NCBI GenBank assembly: GCA_964016885.1
Contig: OZ024741.1
Span: 221,650,001-221,714,000, forward strand
From: Eledone cirrhosa
Lineage: Eukaryota
Length of the DNA: 64,000 nt
Direction: 5' to 3'
Positions 40,450-54,900 of this stretch are shown piece after piece (position 1 is the stretch's first letter; each line of letters opens with the position of its first letter). The position numbers were made by a program, and so were the translations under genes. The notes beneath the pieces were generated by a model. The model was not told the DNA's origin. It did not search any database and saw nothing but the letters and a program-made list of their open reading frames with translations.

Positions 40450-43400
40450 GTTCCTGATATGACTGAAGACACCCAGTCTGACCTGTAAAGTGGTCATGTT
40501 CCTGATATGACTGAAGACACCCAGTCTGACCTGTAAAGTGGTCATGTTTCTGATATGACTGAAGACACCCAGTCTGACCTGTAAAGTGGTCAGGTTTCTG
40601 ATATGACTGAAGACACCCAGTCTGACCTGTAAAGTGGTCATGTTTCTGATATGACTGAAGACACCCAGCCTGACCTGTAAAGTGGCCATGTTCCTGATAT
40701 GACTGAAGACACCCAGTCTGACCTGTAAAGTGGCCATGTTCCTGAAATGACTGAAGACACCCAGTCCTACCTGTAAAGTGGCCATGTTCCTGATATGACT
40801 GAAGACACCCAGTCTGACCTGTAAAGTGGCCATGTTCCTGATATGACTGAAGACACCCAGTCTGACCTGTAAAGTGGCCATGTTCCTGATATGACTGAAG
40901 ACACCCAGCCTGACCTGTAAAGTGGTCATGTTCCTGATATGACTGAAGACACCCAGTCTGACCTGTAAAGTGGCCATGTTCCTGATATGACTGAAGACAT
41001 CCAGTCTGACCTGTAAAGTGGCCATGTTCCTGATATGACTGAAGACACCCAGCCTGACCTGTAAAGTGGCCATGTTCCTGATATGACTGAAGACACCCAG
41101 TCTGACCTGTAAAGTGGCCATGTTTCTGATATGACTGAAGACACCCAGTCTGACCTGTAAAGTGGCCATGTTCCTGATATGACTGAAGACACCCAGCCTG
41201 ACCTGTAAAGTGGTCATGTTTCTGATATGACTGAAGACACCCAGTCTGACCTGTAAAGTGGTCATGTTTCTGATATGACTGAAGACATCCAGCCTGACCT
41301 GTAAAGTGGTCATGTTCCTGATATGACTGAAGACACCCAGTCTGACCTGTAAAGTGGTCATGTTCCTGATATGACTGAAGACACCCAGCCTGACCTGTAA
41401 AGTGGTCATGTTCCTGATATGACTGAAGACACCCAGTCTGACCTGTAAAGTGGCCATGTTCCTGATATGACTGAAGACATCCAGTCTGACCTGTAAAGTG
41501 GCCATGTTCCTGATATGACTGAAGACACCCAGCCGACCTGTAAAGTGGCCATGTTCCTGATATGACTGAAGACACCCAGTCTGACCTGTAAAGTGGCCAT
41601 GTTTCTGATATGACTGAAGACACCCAGTCTGACCTGTAAAGTGGCCATGTTCCTGATATGACTGAAGACACCCAGCCTGACCTGTAAAGTGGCCATGTTC
41701 CTGATATGACTGAAGACACCCAGTCTGACCTGTAAAGTGGTCATGTTCCTGATATGACAGAAGACACCCAGCCTGACCTGTAAAGTGGTCATGTTTCTGA
41801 TATGACTGAAGACACACAGTCTGACCTGTAAAGTGGTCATGTTTCTGATATGACTGAAGACATCCAGCCTGACCTGTAAAGTGGTCATGTTCCTGATATG
41901 ACTGAAGACACCCAGTCTGACCTGTAAAGTGGTCATGTTCCTGATATGACTGAAGACACCCAGTCTGACCTGTAAAGTGGTCATGTTTCTGATATGACTG
42001 AAGACATCCAGCCTGACCTGTAAAGTGGTCATGTTCCTGATATGACTGAAGACATCCAGCCTGACCTGTAAAGTGGTCATGTTCCTGATATGACTGAAGA
42101 CACCCAGTCTGACCTGTAAAGTGGTCATGTTTCTGATATGACTGAAGACACCCAGTCTGACCTGTAAAGTGGTCAGGTTTCTGATATGACTGAAGACACC
42201 CAGTCTCACCTGTAAAGTGGTCATGTTTCTGATATGACTGAAGACACCCAGCCTGACCTGTAAAGTGGCCATGTTCCTGATATGACTGAAGACACCCAGT
42301 CTGACCTGTAAAGTGGCCATGTTCCTGAAATGACTGAAGACACCCAGTCCTACCTGTAAAGTGGCCATGTTCCTGATATGACTGAAGACACCCAGTCTGA
42401 CCTGTAAAGTGGTCATGTTCCTGATATGACTGAAGACACCCAGCCTGACCTGTAAAGTGGTCATGTTCCTGATATGACTGAAGACACCCAGCCTGACCTG
42501 TAAAGTGGCCATGTTCCTGATATGACTGAAGACACCCAGCCTGACCTGTAAAGTGGTCATGTTTCTGATATGACTGAAGACATCCAGTCTGACCTGTAAA
42601 GTGGCCATGTTTCTGATATGACTGAAGACACCCAGTCTGACCTGTAAAGTGGTCATGTTTCTGATATGACTGAAGACACCCAGTCTGACCTGTAAAGTGG
42701 TCATGTTTCTGATATGACTGAAGACACCCAGCCTGACCTGTAAAGTGGCCATGTTCCTGATATGACTGAAGACACCCAGTCTGACCTGTAAAGTGGTCAT
42801 GTTCCTGATATGACTGAAGACACACAGTCTGACCTGTAAAGTGGTCATGTTCCTGATATGACTGAAGACATCCAGCCTGACCTGTAAAGTGGTCATGTTT
42901 CTGATATGACTGAAGACACCCAGCCTGACCTGTAAAGTGGCCATGTTCCTGATATGACTGAAGACACCCAGTCTGACCTGTAAAGTGGTCATGTTTCTGA
43001 TATTACTGAAGACACCCAGCCTGACCTGTAAAGTGGCCATGTTCCTGATATGACTGAAGACACCCAGTCTGACCTGTAAAGTGGCCATGTTCCTGATATG
43101 ACTGAAGACACCCAGCCTGACCTGTAAAGTGGCCATGTTCCTGATATGACTGAAGACACCCAGCCTGACCTGTAAAGTGGCCATGTTCCTGATATGACTG
43201 AAGACACCCAGTCTGACCTGTAAAGTGGCCATGTTTCTGATATGACTGAAGACACCCAGTCTGACCTGTAAAGTGGCCATGTTCCTGATATGACTGAAGA
43301 CACCCAGTCTGACCTGTAAAGTGGCCATGTTCCTGATATGACTGAAAACACCCAGCCTGACCTGTAAAGTGGTCATGTTTCTGATATGACTGAAGACACC

Positions 43401-46400
43401 CAGTCTGACCTGTAAAGTGGTCATGTTCCAGATATGACTGAAGACACCCAGTCTGACCTGTAAAGTGGTCATGTTCCAGATATGACTGAAGACACCCAGT
43501 CTGACCTGTAAAGTGGCCATGTTCCTGATATGACTGAAGACATCCAGCCTGACCTGTAAAGTGGTCATGTTCCTGATATGACTGAAGACACCCAGCCTGA
43601 CCTGTAAAGTGGCCATGTTCCTGATATGACTGAAGACACCCAGCCTGACCTGTAAAGTGGTCATGTTTCTGATATGACTGAAGACACCCAGTCTGACCTG
43701 TAAAGTGGTCATGTTTCTGATATGACTGAAGACATCCAGCCTGACCTGTAAAGTGGTCATGTTCCTGATATGACTGAAGACATCCTGCCTGACCTGTAAA
43801 GTGGTCATGTTCCTGATATGACTGAAGACACCCAGTCTGACCTGTAAAGTGGTCATGTTTCTGATATGACTGAAGACATCCAGCCTGACCTGTAAAGTGT
43901 CCATGTTCCTGATATGACTGAAGACACCCAGCCTGACCTGTAAAGTGGTCATGTTTCTGATATGACTGAAGACATCCAGTCTGACCTGTAAAGTGGTCAT
44001 GTTCCTGATATGACTGAAGACACCCAGCCTGACCTGTAAAGTGGTCATGTTCCTGATATGACTGAAGACATCCAGCCTGACCTGTAAAGTGGTCATGTTA
44101 CTGATATGACTGAAGACATCCAGCCTGACCTGTAAAGTGGCCATGTTCCTGATATGACTGAAGACACCCAGTCTGACCTGTAAAGTGGTCATGTTCCTGA
44201 TATGACTGAAGACATCCAGCCTGACCTGTAAAGTGGTCATGTTCCTGATATGACTGAAGACATCCAGCCTGACCTGTAAAGTGGTCATGTTCCTGATATG
44301 ACTGAAGACATCCAGCCTGACCTGTAAAGTGGTCATGTTCCTGATATGACTGAAGACATCCAGCCTGACCTGTAAAGTGGTCATGTTCCTGATATGACTG
44401 AAGACATCCAGCCTGACCTGTAAAGTGGTCATGTTCCTGATATGACTGAAGACACCCAGCCTGACCTGTAAAGTGGTCATGTTCCTGATATGACTGAAGA
44501 CACCCAGCCTGACCTGTAAAGTGGCCATGTTCCTGATATGACTGAAGACATCCAGTCTGACCTGTAAAGTGGCCATGTTCCTGATATGACTGAAGACACC
44601 CAGCCTGACCTGTAAAGTGGTCATGTTCCTGATATGACTGAAGACATCCAGCCTGACCTGTAAAGTGGTCATGTTCCTGATATGACTGAAGACATCCAGC
44701 CTGACCTGTAAAGTGGTCATGTTCCTGATATGACTGAAGACACCCAGCCTGACCTGTAAAGTGGTCATGTTCCTGATATGACTGAAGACACCCAGCCTGA
44801 CCTGTAAAGTGGTCATGTTCCTGATATGACTGAAGACACCCAGTCTGACCTGTAAAGTGGCCATGTTCCTGATATGACTGAAGACATCCAGTCTGACCTG
44901 TAAAGTGGCCATGTTCCTGATATGACTGAAGACACCCAGCCTGACCTGTAAAGTGGCCATGTTCCTGATATGACTGAAGACACCCAGTCTGACCTGTAAA
45001 GTGGCCATGTTTCTGATATGACTGAAGACACCCAGTCTGACCTGTAAAGTGGTCATGTTCCTGATATGACTGAAGACACCCAGTCTGACCTGTAAAGTGG
45101 CCATGTTCCTGATATGACTGAAGACACCCAGCCTGACCTGTAATGTGGTCATGTTTCTGATATGACTGAAGACACCCAGTCTGACCTGTAAAGTGGTCAT
45201 GTTCCTGATATGACTGAAGACACCCAGTCTGACCTGTAAAGTGGCCATGTTCCTGATATGACTGAAGACATCCAGCCTGACCTGTAAAGTGGTCATGTTC
45301 CTGATATGACTGAAGACACCCAGCCTGACCTGTAAAGTGGCCATGTTCCTGATATGACTGAAGACACCCAGCCTGACCTGTAAAGTGGCCATGTTCCTAA
45401 TATGACTGAAGACACCCAGTCTGACCTGTAAAGTGGTCATGTTCCTGATATGACTGAAGACACCCAGTCTGACCTGTAAAGTGGTCATGTTTCTGATATG
45501 ACTGAAGACACCCAGTCTGACCTGTAAAGTGGTCAGGTTTCTGATATGACTGAAGACACCCAGTCTGACCTGTAAAGTGGTCATGTTTCTGATATGACTG
45601 AAGACACCCAGCCTGACCTGTAAAGTGGCCATGTTCCTGATATGACTGAAGACACCCAGTCTGACCTGTAAAGTGGCCATGTTCCTGAAATGACTGAAGA
45701 CACCCAGTCCTACCTGTAAAGTGGCCATGTTCCTGATATGACTGAAGACACCCAGTCTGACCTGTAAAGTGGCCATGTTCCTGATATGACTGAAGACACC
45801 CAGTCTGACCTGTAAAGTGGCCATGTTCCTGATATGACTGAAGACACCCAGCCTGACCTGTAAAGTGGTCATGTTCCTGATATGACTGAAGACACCCAGT
45901 CTGACCTGTAAAGTGGCCATGTTCCTGATATGACTGAAGACATCCAGTCTGACCTGTAAAGTGGCCATGTTCCTGATATGACTGAAGACACCCAGCCTGA
46001 CCTGTAAAGTGGCCATGTTCCTGATATGACTGAAGACACCCAGTCTGACCTGTAAAGTGGCCATGTTTCTGATATGACTGAAGACACCCAGTCTGACCTG
46101 TAAAGTGGCCATGTTCCTGATATGACTGAAGACACCCAGCCTGACCTGTAAAGTGGTCATGTTTCTGATATGACTGAAGACACCCAGTCTGACCTGTAAA
46201 GTGGTCATGTTTCTGATATGACTGAAGACATCCAGCCTGACCTGTAAAGTGGTCATGTTCCTGATATGACTGAAGACACCCAGTCTGACCTGTAAAGTGG
46301 TCATGTTCCTGATATGACTGAAGACACCCAGCCTGACCTGTAAAGTGGTCATGTTCCTGATATGACTGAAGACACCCAGTCTGACCTGTAAAGTGGCCAT

Positions 46401-49400
46401 GTTCCTGATATGACTGAAGACATCCAGTCTGACCTGTAAAGTGGCCATGTTCCTGATATGACTGAAGACACCCAGCCGACCTGTAAAGTGGCCATGTTCC
46501 TGATATGACTGAAGACACCCAGTCTGACCTGTAAAGTGGCCATGTTTCTGATATGACTGAAGACACCCAGTCTGACCTGTAAAGTGGCCATGTTCCTGAT
46601 ATGACTGAAGACACCCAGCCTGACCTGTAAAGTGGCCATGTTCCTGATATGACTGAAGACACCCAGTCTGACCTGTAAAGTGGTCATGTTCCTGATATGA
46701 CAGAAGACACCCAGCCTGACCTGTAAAGTGGTCATGTTTCTGATATGACTGAAGACACACAGTCTGACCTGTAAAGTGGTCATGTTTCTGATATGACTGA
46801 AGACATCCAGCCTGACCTGTAAAGTGGTCATGTTCCTGATATGACTGAAGACACCCAGTCTGACCTGTAAAGTGGTCATGTTCCTGATATGACTGAAGAC
46901 ACCCAGTCTGACCTGTAAAGTGGTCATGTTTCTGATATGACTGAAGACATCCAGCCTGACCTGTAAAGTGGTCATGTTCCTGATATGACTGAAGACATCC
47001 AGCCTGACCTGTAAAGTGGTCATGTTCCTGATATGACTGAAGACACCCAGTCTGACCTGTAAAGTGGTCATGTTTCTGATATGACTGAAGACACCCAGTC
47101 TGACCTGTAAAGTGGTCAGGTTTCTGATATGACTGAAGACACCCAGTCTCACCTGTAAAGTGGTCATGTTTCTGATATGACTGAAGACACCCAGCCTGAC
47201 CTGTAAAGTGGCCATGTTCCTGATATGACTGAAGACACCCAGTCTGACCTGTAAAGTGGCCATGTTCCTGAAATGACTGAAGACACCCAGTCCTACCTGT
47301 AAAGTGGCCATGTTCCTGATATGACTGAAGACACCCAGTCTGACCTGTAAAGTGGTCATGTTCCTGATATGACTGAAGACACCCAGACTGACCTGTAAAG
47401 TGGTCATGTTCCTGATATGACTGAAGACACCCAGCCTGACCTGTAAAGTGGCCATGTTCCTGATATGACTGAAGACACCCAGCCTGACCTGTAAAGTGGT
47501 CATGTTTCTGATATGACTGAAGACATCCAGTCTGACCTGTAAAGTGGCCATGTTTCTGATATGACTGAAGACACCCAGTCTGACCTGTAAAGTGGTCATG
47601 TTTCTGATATGACTGAAGACACCCAGTCTGACCTGTAAAGTGGTCATGTTTCTGATATGACTGAAGACACCCAGCCTGACCTGTAAAGTGGCCATGTTCC
47701 TGATATGACTGAAGACACCCAGTCTGACCTGTAAAGTGGTCATGTTCCTGATATGACTGAAGACACACAGTCTGACCTGTAAAGTGGTCATGTTCCTGAT
47801 ATGACTGAAGACATCCAGCCTGACCTGTAAAGTGGTCATGTTTCTGATATGACTGAAGACACCCAGCCTGACCTGTAAAGTGGCCATGTTCCTGATATGA
47901 CTGAAGACACCCAGTCTGACCTGTAAAGTGGTCATGTTTCTGATATGACTGAAGACACCCAGCCTGACCTGTAAAGTGGCCATGTTCCTGATATGACTGA
48001 AGACACCCAGTCTGACCTGTAAAGTGGCCATGTTCCTGATATGACTGAAGACACCCAGCCTGACCTGTAAAGTGGCCATGTTCCTGATATGACTGAAGAC
48101 ACCCAGCCTGACCTGTAAAGTGGCCATGTTCCTGATATGACTGAAGACACCCAGTCTGACCTGTAAAGTGGCCATGTTTCTGATATGACTGAAGACACCC
48201 AGTCTGACCTGTAAAGTGGCCATGTTCCTGATATGACTGAAGACACCCAGTCTGACCTGTAAAGTGGCCATGTTCCTGATATGACTGAAAACACCCAGCC
48301 TGACCTGTAAAGTGGTCATGTTTCTGATATGACTGAAGACACCCAGTCTGACCTGTAAAGTGGTCATGTTCCAGATATGACTGAAGACACCCAGTCTGAC
48401 CTGTAAAGTGGTCATGTTCCAGATATGACTGAAGACACCCAGTCTGACCTGTAAAGTGGCCATGTTCCTGATATGACTGAAGACATCCAGCCTGACCTGT
48501 AAAGTGGTCATGTTCCTGATATGACTGAAGACACCCAGCCTGACCTGTAAAGTGGCCATGTTCCTGATATGACTGAAGACACCCAGCCTGACCTGTAAAG
48601 TGGTCATGTTTCTGATATGACTGAAGACACCCAGTCTGACCTGTAAAGTGGTCATGTTTCTGATATGACTGAAGACATCCAGCCTGACCTGTAAAGTGGT
48701 CATGTTCCTGATATGACTGAAGACATCCTGCCTGACCTGTAAAGTGGTCATGTTCCTGATATGACTGAAGACACCCAGTCTGACCTGTAAAGTGGTCATG
48801 TTTCTGATATGACTGAAGACATCCAGCCTGACCTGTAAAGTGTCCATGTTCCTGATATGACTGAAGACACCCAGCCTGACCTGTAAAGTGGTCATGTTTC
48901 TGATATGACTGAAGACATCCAGTCTGACCTGTAAAGTGGTCATGTTCCTGATATGACTGAAGACACCCAGCCTGACCTGTAAAGTGGTCATGTTACTGAT
49001 ATGACTGAAGACATCCAGCCTGACCTGTAAAGTGGCCATGTTCCTGATATGACTGAAGACACCCAGTCTGACCTGTAAAGTGGTCATGTTCCTGATATGA
49101 CTGAAGACATCCAGCCTGACCTGTAAAGTGGTCATGTTCCTGATATGACTGAAGACATCCAGCCTGACCTGTAAAGTGGTCATGTTCCTGATATGACTGA
49201 AGACATCCAGCCTGACCTGTAAAGTGGTCATGTTCCTGATATGACTGAAGACATCCAGCCTGACCTGTAAAGTGGTCATGTTCCTGATATGACTGAAGAC
49301 ATCCAGCCTGACCTGTAAAGTGGTCATGTTCCTGATATGACTGAAGACACCCAGCCTGACCTGTAAAGTGGTCATGTTCCTGATATGACTGAAGACACCC

Positions 49401-50330
49401 AGCCTGACCTGTAAAGTGGCCATGTTCCTGATATGACTGAAGACATCCAGTCTGACCTGTAAAGTGGCCATGTTCCTGATATGACTGAAGACACCCAGCC
49501 TGACCTGTAAAGTGGTCATGTTCCTGATATGACTGAAGACATCCAGCCTGACCTGTAAAGTGGTCATGTTCCTGATATGACTGAAGACATCCAGCCTGAC
49601 CTGTAAAGTGGTCATGTTCCTGATATGACTGAAGACACCCAGCCTGACCTGTAAAGTGGTCATGTTCCTGATATGACTGAAGACACCCAGCCTGACCTGT
49701 AAAGTGGTCATGTTCCTGATATGACTGAAGACACCCAGTCTGACCTGTAAAGTGGCCATGTTCCTGATATGACTGAAGACATCCAGTCTGACCTGTAAAG
49801 TGGCCATGTTCCTGATATGACTGAAGACACCCAGCCTGACCTGTAAAGTGGCCATGTTCCTGATATGACTGAAGACACCCAGTCTGACCTGTAAAGTGGC
49901 CATGTTTCTGATATGACTGAAGACACCCAGTCTGACCTGTAAAGTGGTCATGTTCCTGATATGACTGAAGACACCCAGTCTGACCTGTAAAGTGGCCATG
50001 TTCCTGATATGACTGAAGACACCCAGCCTGACCTGTAATGTGGTCATGTTTCTGATATGACTGAAGACACCCAGTCTGACCTGTAAAGTGGTCATGTTCC
50101 TGATATGACTGAAGACACCCAGTCTGACCTGTAAAGTGGCCATGTTCCTGATATGACTGAAGACATCCAGCCTGACCTGTAAAGTGGTCATGTTCCTGAT
50201 ATGACTGAAGACACCCAGCCTGACCTGTAAAGTGGCCATGTTCCTGATATGACTGAAGACACCCAGCCTGACCTGTAAAGTGGCCATGTTCCTAATATGA
50301 CTGAAGACACCCAGTCTGACCTGTAAAGTG
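40450..50330. repeat. Tandem ~4.94-kb higher-order duplication within the satellite
   Basis: Markers offset by 4943 bp (40926/45869, 41534/46477, 42825/47768, 42989/47932), then by 4895 bp after loss of one unit (44813/49708). Confidence 0.85.
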
Positions 50331-51974
50331 GTCATGTTCCTGATATGACTGAAGACACCCAGCCTGACCTGTAAAGTGGTCATGTTTCTGATATGACTGA
50401 AGACACCCAGACTGACCTGTAAAGTGGTCATGTTTCTGATATGACTGAAGACATCCAGCCTGACCTGTAAAGTGGTCATGTTCCTGATGTGACTGAAGAC
50501 ACCCAGTCTGACCTGTAAAGTGGTCATGTTCCTGATATGACTGAAGACACCCAGCCTGACCTGTAAAGTGGTCATGTTCCTGATATGACTGAAGACACCC
50601 AGCCTGACCTGTAAAGTGGCCATGTTCCTGATATGACTGAAGACACCCAGCCTGACCTGTAAGGTGGTCATGTTTCTGATATGACTGAAGACATCCAGTC
50701 TGACCTGTAAAGTGGCCATGTTTCTGATATGACTGAAGACACCCAGTCTGACCTGTAAAGTGGTCATGTTTCTGATATGACTGAAGACACCCAGTCTGAC
50801 CTGTAAAGTGGTCATGTTTCTGATATGACTGAAGACACCCAGTCTGACCTGTAAAATGGTCATGTTTCTGATATGACTGAAGACACCCAGCCTGACCTGT
50901 AAAGTGGCCATGTTCCTGATATGACTGAAGACACCCAGTCTGACCTGTAAAGTGGTCATGTTTCTGATATGACTGAAGACACCCAGCCTGACCTGTAAAG
51001 TGGCCATGTTCCTGATATGACTGAAGACACCCAGTCTGACCTGTAAAGTGGTCATGTTTCTGATATGACTGAAGACATCCAGCCTGACCTGTAAAGTGGT
51101 CATGTTCCTGATATGACTGAAGACATCCAGCCTGACCTGTAAAGTGGTCATGTTCCTGATATGACTGAAGACATCCAGCCTGACCTGTAAAGTGGTCATG
51201 TTCCTGATATGACTGAAGACATCCAGCCTGACCTGTAAAGTGGTCATGTTCCTGATATGACTGAAGACACCCAGTCTGACCTGTAAAGTGGTCATGTTCC
51301 TGATATGACTGAAGACACCCAGCCTGACCTGTAAAGTGGCCATGTTCCTGATATGACTGAAGACACCCAGCCTGACCTGTAAAGTGGTCATGTTTCTCAT
51401 ATGACTGAAGATATCCAGTCTGACCTGTAAAGTGGCCATATTTCTGATATGACTGAAGACACCCAGTCTGACCTGTAAAGTGGTCATGTTTCTGATATGA
51501 CTGAAGACACCCAGTCTGACCTGTAAAGTGGTCATGTTTCTGATATGACTGAAGACACCCAGCCTGACCTGTAAAGTGGCCATGTTCCTGATATGACTGA
51601 AGTCACCCAGTCTGACCTGTAAAGTGGTCATGTTTCTGATATGACTGAAGACACCCAGCCTGACCTGTAAAGTGGCCATGTTCCTGATATGACTGAAGAC
51701 ACCCAGTCTGACCTGTAAAGTGGTCATGTTTCTGATATGACTGAAGACATCCAGCCTGACCTGTAAAGTGGTCATGTTCCTGATATGACTGAAGACATCC
51801 AGCCTGACCTGTAAAGTAGTCATGTTCCTGATATGACTGAAGACACCCAGCCTGACCTGTAAAGTGGCCATGTTCCTGATATGAATGAAGACACCCAGTC
51901 TGACCTGTCAAGTGGTCATGTTCCTGATATGACTGAAGACACCCAGCCTGACCTGTAAAGTGGTCATGTTTCTG

Positions 51975-54900
51975 ATATGACTGAAGACACCCAGTCTGAC
52001 CTGTAAATTGGTCATGTTCCTGATATGACTGAAGACACCCAGTCTGACCTGTAAAGTGGTCATGTTCCTGATATGACTGAAGACACCCAGCCTGACCTGT
52101 AAAGTGGTCATGTTCCTGATATGACTGAAGACACCCAGCCTGACCTGTAAAGTGGCCATGTTCCTGATATGACTGAAGACACCCAGCCTGACCTGTAAAG
52201 TGGTCATGTTTCTGATATGACTGAAGACATCCAGTCTGACCTGTAAAGTGGCCATGTTTCTGATATGACTGAAGACACCCAGTCTGACCTGTAAAGTGGT
52301 CATGTTTCTGATATGACTGAAGACACCCAGCCTGACCTGTAAAGTGGTCATGTTTCTGATATGACTGAAGACACCCAGTCTGACCTGTAAAGTGGTCATG
52401 TTTCTGATATGACTGAAGACACCCAGCTTGACCTGTAAAGTGGCCATGTTCCTGATATGACTGAAGACACCCAGTCTGACCTATAAAGTGGTCATGTTTC
52501 TGATATGACTGAAGACATCCAGCCTGACCTGTAAAGTGGTCATGTTCCTGATATGACTGAAGACATCCAGCCTGACCTGTAAAGTGGTCATGTTCCTGAT
52601 ATGACTGAAGACACCCAGTCTGACCTGTAAAGTGGTCATGTTTCTGATATGACTGAAGACATCCAGCCTGACCTGTAAAGTGGTCATGTTCCTGATATGA
52701 CTGAAGACACCCAGTCTGACCTGTAAAGTGGTCATGTTCCTGATATGACTGAAGACACCCAGTCTGACCTGTAAAGTGGTCATGTTCCTGATATGACTGA
52801 AGACACCCAGTCTGACCTGTAAAGTGGTCATGTTCCTGATATGACTGAAGACACCCAGTCTGACCTGTAAAGTGGTCATGTTCCTGATATGACTGAAGAC
52901 ACCCAGTCTGACCTGTAAAGTGGTCATGTTCCTGATATGACTGAAGACATCCAGCCTGACCTGTAAAGTGGTCATGTTTCTGATATGACTGAAGACATCC
53001 AGCCTGACCTGTAAAGTGGTCATGTTCCTGATATGACTGAAGACATCCAGCTTGACCTGTAAAGTGGCCATGTTCCTGATATGACTGAAGACACCCAGTC
53101 TGACCTGTAAAGTGGTCATGTTCCTGATATGACTGAAGACACCCAGCCTGACCTGTAAAGTGGTCATGTTTCTGATATGACTGAAGACATCCAGTCTGAC
53201 CTGTAAAGTGGTCATGTTCCTGATATGACTGAAGACATCCAGCTTGACCTGTAACGTGGCCATGTTCCTGATATGACTGAAGACACCCAGCCTGACCTGT
53301 AAAGTGGTCATGTTCCTGATATGACTGAAGACATCCAGCCTGACCTGTAAAGTGGTCATGTTCCTGATATGACTGAAGACACCCAGCCTGACCTGTAAAG
53401 TGGTCATGTTCCTGATATGACTGAAGACATCCAGCCTGACCTGTAAAGTGGTCATGTTCCTGATATGACTGAAGACATCCAGCCTGACCTGTAAAGTGGC
53501 CATGTTCCTGATATGACTGAAGACACCCAGCCTGACCTGTAAAGTGGTCATGTTCCTGATATGACTGAAGACATCCAGCCTGACCTGTAAAGTGGTCATG
53601 TTCCTGATATGACTGAAGACATCCAGCCTGACCTGTAAAGTGGTCATGTTCCTGATATGACTGAAGACACCCAGTCTGACCTGTAAAGTGGTCATGTTCC
53701 TGATATGACTGAAGACATCCAGCCTGACCTGTAAAGTGGTCATGTTCCTGATATGACTGAAGACATCCAGCCTGACCTGTAAAGTGGTCATGTTCCTGAT
53801 ATGACTGAAGACATCCAGCCTGACCTGTAAAGTGGCCATGTTCCTGATATGACTGAAGACACCCAGCCTGACCTGTAAAGTGGTCATGTTCCTGATATGA
53901 CTGAAGACACCCAGTCTGACCTGTAAAGTGGCCATGTTCCTGATATGACTGAAGACATCCAGTCTGACCTGTAAAGTGGCCATGTTCCTGATATGACTGA
54001 AGACACCCAGCCTGACCTGTAAAGTGGCCATGTTCCTGATATGACTGAAGACACCCAGTCTGACCTGTAAAGTGGCCATGTTTCTGATATGACTGAAGAC
54101 ACCCAGTCTGACCTGTAAAGTGGTCATGTTCCTGATATGACTGAAGACACCCAGTCTGACCTGTAAAGTGGCCATGTTCCTGATATGACTGAAGACACCC
54201 AGCCTGACCTGTAATGTGGTCATGTTTCTGATATGACTGAAGACACCCAGTCTGACCTGTAAAGTGGTCATGTTCCTGATATGACTGAAGACACCCAGTC
54301 TGACCTGTAAAGTGGCCATGTTCCTGATATGACTGAAGACATCCAGCCTGACCTGTAAAGTGGTCATGTTCCTGATATGACTGAAGACACCCAGCCTGAC
54401 CTGTAAAGTGGCCATGTTACTGATATGACTGAAGACACCCAGCCTGACCTGTAAAGTGGCCATGTTCCTAATATGACTGAAGACACCCAGTCTGACCTGT
54501 AAAGTGGTCATGTTCCTGATATGACTGAAAACACCCAGCCTGACCTGTAAAGTGGTCATGTTTCTGATATGACTGAAGACACCCAGCCTGACCTGTAAAG
54601 TGGTCATGTTTCTGATATGACTGAAGACACCCAGACTGACCTGTAAAGTGGTCATGTTTCTGATATGACTGAAGACACCCAGCCTGACCTGTAAAGTGGT
54701 CATGTTTCTGATATGACTGAAGACACCCAGCCTGACCTGTAAAGTGGTCATGTTTCTGATATGACTGAAGACACCCAGACTGACCTGTAAAGTGGTCATG
54801 TTTCTGATATGACTGAAGACATCCAGCCTGACCTGTAAAGTGGTCATGTTCCTGATGTGACTGAAGACACCCAGTCTGACCTGTAAAGTGGTCATGTTCC

